Assembly: GCA_045658765.1 (NCBI GenBank)
Contig: JAZOVP010000099.1
Span: 1-55,101, forward strand
Source: Eubacteriales bacterium
Lineage (GTDB): Bacteria; Bacillota; Clostridia; Oscillospirales; SIG627
Length of the DNA stretch: 55,101 nucleotides
Direction of reading: 5' to 3'
Part shown: positions 27,083 through 34,886 of the stretch, piece after piece
How the letters are laid out: every line of letters starts with the position of its first letter
How positions within the stretch are numbered: the stretch's first letter is position 1
Position numbers and translations under genes: made by a program
The notes under the pieces: generated by a model
What the model was told of the DNA's origin: nothing
Database searches by the model: none
The model's input: the letters and a program-made list of their open reading frames with translations, nothing else

Positions 27083-29000
27083 TACCGAACTAGCCCTCAC
27101 CGCGCTAAAATACGATCTTATCGATGAAAACACGATTCGCTTTGTTCGCATCGGATATCCTCTTCTCAGCGTGCGCGCAGATATTATGACCTATCAGGAT
27201 AGCGCTCGTTTTTCTCTGATAAAAAAATATCTCCACCGTTTGGTTACGGGCGATCAGCCCGATGCCAAAGAGCCGGTTTCTTATGTGAAAGATCGCGTGG
27301 AAGCGGCTTCGCTTCTCGGTTTGGATCAAGAATTGTTTGATGTGGCAAGCTATTATTATGATGAGCTCATCATATCCGGCAAAATCCACGATTCCTCCCG
27401 AGGTGCGCTTGCCGGCGCCGCCCCCGAGGGCGATCCCGCGCTTTCTCGCATCCGCTCCTCCCGCCGCATCGAAACCCGCCTTGTGGTCGATCCTTTCAGC
27501 GCCGAAATCTATGGCAGCAAGATATCCGAACTCCATGCAAGAACTCTGGAAGAGATCGATCGGGCCCATGGCAACGATATTTGCCTTCCCTATCTTCCCG
27601 ATTTCACTTCAAAGCCCGAAGCGCTGGAAGAGTTGATCAATCAAAAAAATTTCTCCTTCGAAGATTGCACCGAAGAATATATGACCGCGCGTTTGATGGA
27701 GCAGAATATGCCCCACGGCACCACGGGTATCGAAATCGTTTCCGAAGAAGAGTGCGATCCCGTTGAGGTTTTCTATCTGCCGTATTATCTTGCCCTCAAG
27801 CGCACAGAAAACGGCGAAGAATTTTTCCTCCATAGCCATTCCAGCACAAAACCCATCGATCTTTTTCCCATCATGGATTCTGATCATGAGTTTTTCCGTC
27901 GCCTTATGAGAGGGTATTTTGAAACCGAGCACCACGGCATTCTCAAATATGTGCTCACCGATCTGGTTCAAATCCCGCTCACCGAAAAAGGAAACAAACT
28001 TGCAGAAAATGTTTCGCTGGATGAAAACGGAAATTATAAGGCATTGCTTTCCGATTTTCAGCTTGCTCTTCTTTGTATGGAAAAAGAAAACGAAGCGCAG
28101 AATTTGATTCACCTCGTTTCCAAAGGTGTTGGCGTGATCCCTTCGCGCGAATCGGGTCGCCTTGTTCATTTTGTTCTTTCCGAGGAGCAAAAAGAGATCT
28201 GTCAAAAGATTGTGGAAAATCCGTCTGAGCGCTATGCCATCGTTCTTCCCATTTTAGAAAAAGCGGCCGAAGAAGGGAATCCCGATGCCGTTTATCATCT
28301 GGCAAATTGCCTCTTCTCGGGCCGCGGCACGAAAGAAAATAAAGAAAAAGCATATTCTCTCTATCAAAAAAATGCCGAAAATGGTCATGCTTGGTCTCTT
28401 TTCCAGCAGTCGGTTTGCCTTCTGTTTGGGGAAGGGGTGGAAATCGATCTTGAAAAAGCGCAGGATCCGCTCGAGAAAATCCCCGCCGATGCTCCTTGCT
28501 ATGGCCTCGCGCTTCATAATCTTGGCGTACTGTATACCAAAAGAGCCAATAAAATCGAAAAAGAAGATCCCGAAAAAGCCAAAGAATTCTATCAAATTGC
28601 CGTCAAAAAACTCCTCCTTGCCTGCAATCAGCGTTTCGTGAATTCCTTCACCTCGGTTTCGGCCGCCGCCTTGTATCACGAGGGTAAGGGCGTGGAAAAA
28701 AATATGGAAACGGCTGTTCAGTATTATGAAGATGGCGCAAAGCGCGGCCATATCTTTGCGCAATATATACTCGGTGCTTGCTGTGTGGCAGGGATGGGAA
28801 TCCAAAAAGATCTTGTGCGTGCAAAAAAATTGCTTTCTGCTGCCACTCGCGCCATTCCCGAGGATAGAATTTTCTTTTTCGGCTCCAAGCCCTTCATTTC
28901 CTATCCGCATCTTTGCATTTCAGAAAAGCAAATTGAAGAGCGCAAAGAAACCATAGAAAAATATCAAAAGAAAGCAAAAGACCTCTTATCCAAACTCTAA
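27069..29000 (+). CDS. Sel1-repeat (TPR-like) protein with an uncharacterised ~400-aa N-terminal region
   Basis: Overlaps the helicase gene by 14 nt. The C-terminal ~220 aa has several Sel1-type repeats (AAEEGNPDAVYHLANCLFSGRGTKENKEKAYSLYQKNAENGH, YYEDGAKRGHIFAQYILGACCVAGMGIQKDLVRAKKLL). Confidence 0.7.
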   Translation: MAKPDTELALTALKYDLIDENTIRFVRIGYPLLSVRADIMTYQDSARFSLIKKYLHRLVTGDQPDAKEPVSYVKDRVEAASLLGLDQELFDVASYYYDELIISGKIHDSSRGALAGAAPEGDPALSRIRSSRRIETRLVVDPFSAEIYGSKISELHARTLEEIDRAHGNDICLPYLPDFTSKPEALEELINQKNFSFEDCTEEYMTARLMEQNMPHGTTGIEIVSEEECDPVEVFYLPYYLALKRTENGEEFFLHSHSSTKPIDLFPIMDSDHEFFRRLMRGYFETEHHGILKYVLTDLVQIPLTEKGNKLAENVSLDENGNYKALLSDFQLALLCMEKENEAQNLIHLVSKGVGVIPSRESGRLVHFVLSEEQKEICQKIVENPSERYAIVLPILEKAAEEGNPDAVYHLANCLFSGRGTKENKEKAYSLYQKNAENGHAWSLFQQSVCLLFGEGVEIDLEKAQDPLEKIPADAPCYGLALHNLGVLYTKRANKIEKEDPEKAKEFYQIAVKKLLLACNQRFVNSFTSVSAAALYHEGKGVEKNMETAVQYYEDGAKRGHIFAQYILGACCVAGMGIQKDLVRAKKLLSAATRAIPEDRIFFFGSKPFISYPHLCISEKQIEERKETIEKYQKKAKDLLSKL

Positions 29001-29031
29001 ATTTTTCATCAAAAAAAGAAAGGAGAAGTAT

Positions 29032-29403
29032 ATGGGAATTTTTATCAATTTATCCAATCATCCCAGTAGGGAATGGGGCGAAAATCAGCTTGCCGCCGCC
29101 CGAAAAATCGGCAAGATCACAGATATCCCCTTTCCTCCCATCGATCCGCAAAGCACCCCCGAGCAAATCCAAAAAATCGCCAAATCTCTTTTCTCCTTCA
29201 TTCGTGCGCTGGGCAAACCCGTGGTGATGATTCAGGGCGAATTTACCTTCACCTATCAAATGGTTCGTTTGCTTCAGGAGGCAGGCATTCGCGCTGTTTC
29301 CTGTGCCACCAGGCGCGTGTGCGAAGAATTTGTAAACCAAAAGGGCGAAACCGTGAAAACCTCTTATTATCGTTTCGAGGGTTTTCGCGATTACTACCTC
29401 TAA
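29032..29403 (+). CDS. Small alpha/beta protein, possibly Csx20-like CRISPR-associated accessory family
   Basis: 123 aa: FINLSNHPSREW...QL, VVMIQGEFTFTYQMVRLLQEAGIRAVSCATRR and a C-terminal YRFEGFRDY. This matches my recollection of Csx20-type proteins. AAAGGAGAA RBS. Confidence 0.35.
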   Translation: MGIFINLSNHPSREWGENQLAAARKIGKITDIPFPPIDPQSTPEQIQKIAKSLFSFIRALGKPVVMIQGEFTFTYQMVRLLQEAGIRAVSCATRRVCEEFVNQKGETVKTSYYRFEGFRDYYL

Positions 29404-29416
29404 AGCATTCTTTCCC

Positions 29417-29447
29417 AAATCCCCTCGGATTCCCGAGGGGATTTTTT
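29417..29447 (+). terminator. Rho-independent terminator closing the mini-Cas10 operon
   Basis: AAATCCCCTCGG-attc-CCGAGGGGATTT followed by TTT. Confidence 0.8.
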
Positions 29448-29466
29448 AAAAGAAAAAAGAAATCCC

Positions 29467-29495
29467 TTGCAAAAAAATTCTAATAATGGTAGAAT
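29467..29495 (+). promoter_or_regulatory. Sigma-A type promoter of the HTH-serine dehydratase gene
   Basis: TTGCAA, 17 nt, TAGAAT with a TGn extension. It places the transcript start after the ORF-track ATG at 29486. Confidence 0.55.
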
Positions 29496-29518
29496 TTTAT
29501 CAGAAGAAGGAAAGGAGA

Positions 29519-30952
29519 ATGAATGTGGATTTTTCCGAAAAGATTCGCTTTTTAAGAAAAAAGAATAAGCTCAGTCAGGCAGAGCTCGGGAAAATGGTGG
29601 GTGTTTCCAATCGCGCCGTTTCCAAGTGGGAAAACGGGGAAAGCTTCCCCTCCACCGATACCCTTCTTTCCGTGGCAACCGCCTTTGGGGTAACCCTTGA
29701 TTTCTTTTTGAAAAACGATGCCAAGGATTCTGCCAAAAAAATTGTGGAAGCGGGAATGGAATCGCTCCGTGAACTTTATAAAATCGGCATCGGCCCCTCG
29801 AGTTCGCATACCATGGGCCCCGCCCGAGCGGCAAATCTGTTTCGCAATCGCTTCCCCGAAGCCACCCGATTTGAAGCGGTGCTTTGCGGCTCCCTTGCAA
29901 AAATGGGCAAAGCCCATCGCGCCGATGTTTGCCTCAAAGAATCCTTTGCTCCGGCCGAATGCGAGGTAATTTTCGATATTAAAATGCGAAAGCTTTCCCA
30001 TCCAAACACGTTCTTTTTATCGGCATATCGCGGCGCGGAAAAGATCGGGTCTTGGGAAGTGGCAAGCGTTGGCGGCGGCAGTATCGAAGTGAAAGGCGAG
30101 AGGGAATATCATCCCCGCCGCATCTATCCCCATAATTCCTTCACCGAAATTGCCGAATTCTGCCGAAAAAATAAAATCCGCCTCTGGCAATATGTGGAAC
30201 ACTATGAAGGCAAAGAAATCTGGGATTATCTTCGCGAAATTTGGCAGGCAATGCTCTCTTCGATCGAAGAAGGTCTTTTAGCCGAAGGCGAACTCTATGG
30301 CGGGCTTGGGGTAAAGCGCAAGGCAAAATATCTTTATTCCCAGCACCATATCGATGAAAATTCCGAAACCCGCGAAAATCGCCTTGTTTGCTCTTTTGCG
30401 TTTGCCGTGAGCGAGCAAAACGCATCGGGTGGCAAGGTTGTTACCGCGCCCACTTGCGGTTCGAGCGGAATTTTGCCCGCAGTCCTCAAATATGTGAGCG
30501 AAAAAAGGGGCTTTGAAGAAATTCAAATCCTTCGCGCCCTTGCCACCGCAGGGCTGATCGGAAATCTGATCAAAACCAATGCCTCCATCAGCGGGGCAGA
30601 ATGTGGGTGTCAGGCGGAAGTGGGTTCTGCTTGTGCAATGGCAGCGGCGGGCTTGGGCGAAATTTATTCCATGTCCGTTTCCCAAATCGAATACGCCGCG
30701 GAAGTGGCGCTCGAGCACCATCTCGGGCTCACGTGCGATCCCATTCGCGGGCTTGTGCAAATCCCTTGCATCGAGCGAAATGCCGTGGCAGCAATGCGCG
30801 CCATCCATGCAATCAATCTTGCCAATTTCCTGGCAGATTCCAGAAAAATATCGTTTGATACCGTGGTAAAAACTATGTATGAAACCGGAAAAGATCTTCC
30901 TCGCCGCTACCGTGAAACAGGCGAGGGCGGACTTGCAAAACTCTATCGGTAA
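29519..30952 (+). CDS. XRE-type HTH domain fused to an iron-sulfur L-serine ammonia-lyase (SdaA-like, single chain)
   Basis: N-terminus IRFLRKKNKLSQAELGKMVGVSNRAVSKWENGES (HTH_3). Then IGIGPSSSHTMGP, APTCGSSGILPAV and SGAECGCQAEVGSACAMAA (4Fe-4S Cys ligands). Start set at ATG 29519. Confidence 0.75.
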   Translation: MNVDFSEKIRFLRKKNKLSQAELGKMVGVSNRAVSKWENGESFPSTDTLLSVATAFGVTLDFFLKNDAKDSAKKIVEAGMESLRELYKIGIGPSSSHTMGPARAANLFRNRFPEATRFEAVLCGSLAKMGKAHRADVCLKESFAPAECEVIFDIKMRKLSHPNTFFLSAYRGAEKIGSWEVASVGGGSIEVKGEREYHPRRIYPHNSFTEIAEFCRKNKIRLWQYVEHYEGKEIWDYLREIWQAMLSSIEEGLLAEGELYGGLGVKRKAKYLYSQHHIDENSETRENRLVCSFAFAVSEQNASGGKVVTAPTCGSSGILPAVLKYVSEKRGFEEIQILRALATAGLIGNLIKTNASISGAECGCQAEVGSACAMAAAGLGEIYSMSVSQIEYAAEVALEHHLGLTCDPIRGLVQIPCIERNAVAAMRAIHAINLANFLADSRKISFDTVVKTMYETGKDLPRRYRETGEGGLAKLYR

Positions 30953-30962
30953 AGGAGAAAAA

Positions 30963-32411
30963 ATGAAAAAATTACTTTGTGTTTTCATCGCAGCGCTGCT
31001 CCTTTTCGGCCTTGCGGCTTGCTCGGAAAAAAATCCGAAGGAAGAGGAGAAAAACAAAGCAGAACCTTCCGTCGAATCCCTTTCGGCAGAAGAACTTTAT
31101 GCCAAGGGAATCGAAAAAAACAAAGCCCTCACCAGTGCAAAGTTTCTCACTGAAATTTTTCTCGGCGGTGAAAAAATCGAAGAAATCACCACCGTTCGCG
31201 TAAGAAAAGGGTATGATGGATTTTCCTATTCCCGCTCGGGCAGAGAATATTTTGCCTTTGCCGACGGTGCGGCTTATATCAAAACCGAAGCGGGCGCCTT
31301 CACCGCGCCTTCCACTTCCCGCGCCTTCGCCGAGTATATCGATTCTTATCTCTTCCCCGTATATGGCTTTTCTCCCCAATTTTTCGCGGAATCGATTCGC
31401 GCGGAAAATTTTGTAAGCTATGAAATCTCGAATGCAGAGGTTCTTGCCCTCTTTTCTTCCATTCTTCCCGAAGCATCGGGCACCTTCTCGCCTTCGGCAA
31501 TTTCAGGCAAAGCAGAATTCAATAAAGAAGCCATTCTCACCGCAGAAGAATTCACCGTTTCGGGCACTCTTTCGGGAAGCGGCGAAGCCAAAATCGAAGT
31601 GAAAACAAAACTGATCGATTACCGCAGCGAAACAATTCAGCCCTCACTACCTGAAGAGAGCGAAACCTTCCTGCAATTAACCGATATCCGCCTCCCGCAA
31701 ATGATTGCCCTTTCCTGCGAATCGCTCTTTGCGCTCCCCGAAGCGCAGGTAACCCTCGTTCGAAGCGAAAAATTTGATCTTGGCGGAAAAATTTATTCCC
31801 TCAACCGCGATATCAATCTTTATAAAAAAGGATCCGCGGATTCGCTCTCCTATTATCGCTCCCTCCAAAGCTTGAAAAACGAACCCGAAAAAGCAGAAGA
31901 AAGCCGCTTCTTGCAGCAAAAATATCAAAATGGAAGCGGAATCTTCAATGAATATAATCTCATCACCGCCGAAAAACTTTCCGAAGGCGCCCTTTCTTCG
32001 GATTTTGCTTGGCAAGAAGATATTTTGGCAATTCTGCCCGCCCTCCATGATTTTTCCGAGATGACCGTGGAAGAAGATGGCTCAATTTTCAGCATTCGCT
32101 TCCGGCTCACCCAAACTGCCGCCAATCAAAGAGTGGCAGAAGCGGCCGCGCTCTTTGGCTTTTCCGCCACCGCCGCCGAAGCAGGCGAGGTTTCGGGGAC
32201 CCTTTTGATCGATCAGGATCGAAATCTGATCACCGCCCTTTCGTATGTGGTAAAAACTTCTGCCGTTTGCGGCGAAGAATCGGGCAGCTTTTCGGGTGAA
32301 TTTTCCATCACCCTCGATCAAACCGAATCCGTTGCCCTGCCGGAAATCCAAATCCCCACTCCCACCACCCCCGGAATGCAAGATCCAAACGGCCACGGCC
32401 CCGAGTGCTAA
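30963..32411 (+). CDS. Hypothetical lipoprotein
   Basis: MKKLLCVFIAALLLFGLAAC lipobox; AAAGGAGAAAAA RBS. The ORF-track extension to 30879 is rejected. Confidence 0.7.
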   Translation: MKKLLCVFIAALLLFGLAACSEKNPKEEEKNKAEPSVESLSAEELYAKGIEKNKALTSAKFLTEIFLGGEKIEEITTVRVRKGYDGFSYSRSGREYFAFADGAAYIKTEAGAFTAPSTSRAFAEYIDSYLFPVYGFSPQFFAESIRAENFVSYEISNAEVLALFSSILPEASGTFSPSAISGKAEFNKEAILTAEEFTVSGTLSGSGEAKIEVKTKLIDYRSETIQPSLPEESETFLQLTDIRLPQMIALSCESLFALPEAQVTLVRSEKFDLGGKIYSLNRDINLYKKGSADSLSYYRSLQSLKNEPEKAEESRFLQQKYQNGSGIFNEYNLITAEKLSEGALSSDFAWQEDILAILPALHDFSEMTVEEDGSIFSIRFRLTQTAANQRVAEAAALFGFSATAAEAGEVSGTLLIDQDRNLITALSYVVKTSAVCGEESGSFSGEFSITLDQTESVALPEIQIPTPTTPGMQDPNGHGPEC

Positions 32412-32430
32412 AATCCGCGAAAGCCGCCCT

Positions 32431-32455
32431 CTTTTTGTGAAAACATCACAAAAAG
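32431..32455 (+). other. Perfect 10-bp hairpin downstream of the lipoprotein gene; terminator-like but lacks a 3' T-tract
   Basis: CTTTTTGTGA-aaaca-TCACAAAAAG. Confidence 0.3.
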
Positions 32456-32483
32456 AAAGGAAAAATTTAGTCAAACAAATCCT

Positions 32484-32512
32484 TGCAAAACATCGCGCTT
32501 TCCCTTATAATA
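32484..32512 (+). promoter_or_regulatory. Sigma-A type promoter
   Basis: TTGCAA, 17 nt, TATAAT, 42 nt upstream of the ATG at 32555. Confidence 0.6.
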
Positions 32513-32554
32513 AGGATAAAGTGTGATCAAAAATCACCTATTTAGGAGGTAATT

Positions 32555-33673
32555 ATGGCAGAAAAGAAAGAAAAAGCCGCTCCCGAAGAAGTAAAAGAAA
32601 CTTTGGAAGAAGCCGCTGAAGCAAAAGAAGAAGTAAAAGAAGCCGCTCCCGCTGAAGAAAAGAAAGCGGAGAAAAAGGCAGAAAAGAAAGAAAAGCCCGC
32701 AAAGAAGGGCGCAGGCAAAATGCCCGTAATCATCGCCGCCGCAGGTGTTTTGGTGGTAGCGCTGGTTGTGGTTCTGCTTGCGGTAATTTCCGGAAGCGGT
32801 GCTGTTAGCGCATTCAACGAAGGTGCAGCCGCACTGAAAAACAAAGCAGAATATCAGGAATCCTTCACTGCAGCATATAGCAAATCCAAGCTCGCCCTCT
32901 TCATGCCCAAGGCGCAGAAAAATCAGATTGCCGAGCAGTATATCCTCAGAGTGCTTTGCGAAAACAATGATTTCTATACCGCTTCCAAAATCATGAAGAA
33001 AATGGATGATGAGCAGAAAGCAAAGCTCTTCAAAGCAGAAGGATCTCTTGCACTTTGCTTTGAAGGCGAAATCGCAACCTTCGGCAAATACAATACCGAT
33101 AATGATCCCAAAAACGGCGCAGAAGATTTGGAATGGATCGTTCTTGATGTGGTGGAAGATAAAAACACCGGCAGAGCAAGAGCATTTATCATGACCAAAG
33201 AGGTAATCAATTCCCCCAAGGGCTGGAATAAATTCGAATCCAATGGTTCTTTCTATAAAGATAGCAATCTCTATGATTGGTGCGAAAAGGATTTCTATCC
33301 CACCTTCAAAATGCAGGATTCTTCTTTGGAAGAAAGAATTTTGTATATGAATGTGGAAACCGAAGATGCTTCCGATGGAAGTGATTCCGGCGAGGCCGTT
33401 CCCGCTCATGCCTATGCTCCCTCCAAGCAGGAAATCGAAACATATCTCACAGGCGATCTTGCGCAATTTATCGCAGCCGAAGCCACCGCCACCGCAAAGG
33501 GCGCAGGCGTGAAACCCGCAACCTATTTCCTTAGAAACTGCGGCATCAAAGAAGATGGCATTCAAAGAGCCGCCGGCGTAAATAAAGATGGCGAAATCCT
33601 CGAAGGAATGAGCATGGCAAACACCCAAACCGGTGTTCGCGTTTGCATCAACGTAGATCTCGGCGAATTCTAA
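32555..33673 (+). CDS. Membrane-anchored hypothetical protein with a Lys/Glu-rich N-terminus, one TM segment and an extracytoplasmic domain
   Basis: TAGGAGG RBS. The N-terminus is low-complexity (AEKKEK repeats), followed by the TM segment VIIAAAGVLVVALVVVLLAVI. The C-terminal domain has an EWIVLD-type motif common in Clostridia surface proteins. Confidence 0.65.
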   Translation: MAEKKEKAAPEEVKETLEEAAEAKEEVKEAAPAEEKKAEKKAEKKEKPAKKGAGKMPVIIAAAGVLVVALVVVLLAVISGSGAVSAFNEGAAALKNKAEYQESFTAAYSKSKLALFMPKAQKNQIAEQYILRVLCENNDFYTASKIMKKMDDEQKAKLFKAEGSLALCFEGEIATFGKYNTDNDPKNGAEDLEWIVLDVVEDKNTGRARAFIMTKEVINSPKGWNKFESNGSFYKDSNLYDWCEKDFYPTFKMQDSSLEERILYMNVETEDASDGSDSGEAVPAHAYAPSKQEIETYLTGDLAQFIAAEATATAKGAGVKPATYFLRNCGIKEDGIQRAAGVNKDGEILEGMSMANTQTGVRVCINVDLGEF

Positions 33674-33687
33674 TCAAAAAGAAAAAA

Positions 33688-33720
33688 GAAAAAGCATCGC
33701 AATTTGCGATGCTTTTTTTC
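33688..33720. terminator. Bidirectional rho-independent terminator
   Basis: GCATCGCAAATTTGCGATGC palindrome flanked by A and T runs. Confidence 0.75.
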
Positions 33721-33730
33721 TTTGCAAAAT

Positions 33731-34885
33731 TTATGTGTTTTCTTCGGAGCTTTCTGCTTCTTCTTGAAGCATTTTTTCTTTCTTTTTCGCATTCACATAA
33801 TCTCTTGTGATTCGGTAAGCGCAGGCCACCAGCGGCACCCCGAGAAACATACCGGGAATGCCCGCCAAGCTTCCTCCTGCAGTAACCGCCGCGAGCACCC
33901 AAATTCCGGGAAGCCCAAGCGAGGAACCAACCACGCGCGGATAAATCAAATTGCCTTCCAGTTGCTGCAAAATCACAAGGAAGATCAGGAAAACAAGCGC
34001 TTTCAACGGGGAAACCGTGAGGATCATAAAGGCGCCGATGGCAGCTCCAATATAAGCCCCCGCAATCGGAATCAGAGCGGTAAAGGCAATCAGAGCGCTG
34101 ATCATCGCCGCATAGGGAAGCCGCAAAATCAGCATTCCGATCCCGCAAAGCGCGCCCAGAATCACCGCTTCCGTGCTCTGCCCGATCAAATACTGACGGA
34201 AAGAAAGATTCAGATTATAAATCACATAAGAAATTCTCTTTGTAATTTTTTCGGGGAAAACAAGCTCTAAAAGCGTGGTAGCTTGAAATTTCAATTTTTC
34301 TTTTCCCAAAAGCAGGTAAATGGCAAAAATGAAGCTGAAAAATCCTGTGATGATGGCACTCACCACTCCCGTGATCGTTTGAATCAAAAGTTCCATCATG
34401 CCGGTAACTCCGTTTGTTACCATATTCAAAATCTGCTCGAAACGGCTCTTCCAATCAATACTCTCAAGCGTTGAGATGACTTCCTCGGAAAGAAGATGGT
34501 GCTTATCAATAAGAGCCAAAGCGCGGTTGATCATATTCGGCAGCAAACTGATCACAAGTTTTATACAAGAAATCAGCTGAGGCACCACCAGCCAAATCAC
34601 CGCCGCGCAAATTGCCGCAAAGGAAAGAAGCGCAAAAAGCAGGCAAATCGGTCGTCGAATCTTTGCCACAAATTTCTTTTTCGCCTTCGGGAAGAAGCGC
34701 TTTTCATAAGCACTCATCAAAAGATTGATCACATAAGCGATGATCAATCCGATAAAAAGCGGGGTCATCGCGGAAAGGAGCGCCTTGAAGAAGGCGGTAA
34801 CTCCGTTCCAGTAGTGCGTGGCAAGATAAAGCAAAAACGCACATCCCGTTATGAGAAAACAGGTTTTCACAGATATTTTTTTCAT
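33731..34885 (-). CDS. AI-2E family transporter (PerM/YdiK-like permease)
   Basis: Polytopic membrane protein. The C-terminal conserved segments (LIPIAGAYIGAAIGAF, QQLEGNLIYPRVVG) are typical of the family. Confidence 0.8.
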   Translation of the reverse strand: MKKISVKTCFLITGCAFLLYLATHYWNGVTAFFKALLSAMTPLFIGLIIAYVINLLMSAYEKRFFPKAKKKFVAKIRRPICLLFALLSFAAICAAVIWLVVPQLISCIKLVISLLPNMINRALALIDKHHLLSEEVISTLESIDWKSRFEQILNMVTNGVTGMMELLIQTITGVVSAIITGFFSFIFAIYLLLGKEKLKFQATTLLELVFPEKITKRISYVIYNLNLSFRQYLIGQSTEAVILGALCGIGMLILRLPYAAMISALIAFTALIPIAGAYIGAAIGAFMILTVSPLKALVFLIFLVILQQLEGNLIYPRVVGSSLGLPGIWVLAAVTAGGSLAGIPGMFLGVPLVACAYRITRDYVNAKKKEKMLQEEAESSEENT

Positions 34886-34886
34886 C

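Noticed and set aside
18408-29403. Defence-like operon as part of a mobile element or prophage
   Set aside because: There is no integrase, transposase, recombinase, tRNA gene or flanking direct repeat within about 18 kb on the left or 25 kb on the right. The flanking genes are ordinary chromosomal genes. I cannot compute composition, so horizontal origin remains possible but unsupported.
29486-29518. ORF-track start (ATG 29486) for the HTH-serine dehydratase gene
   Set aside because: That ATG lies inside the -10 region of the predicted promoter and has no RBS. ATG 29519 follows AAGGAAAGGAGA.
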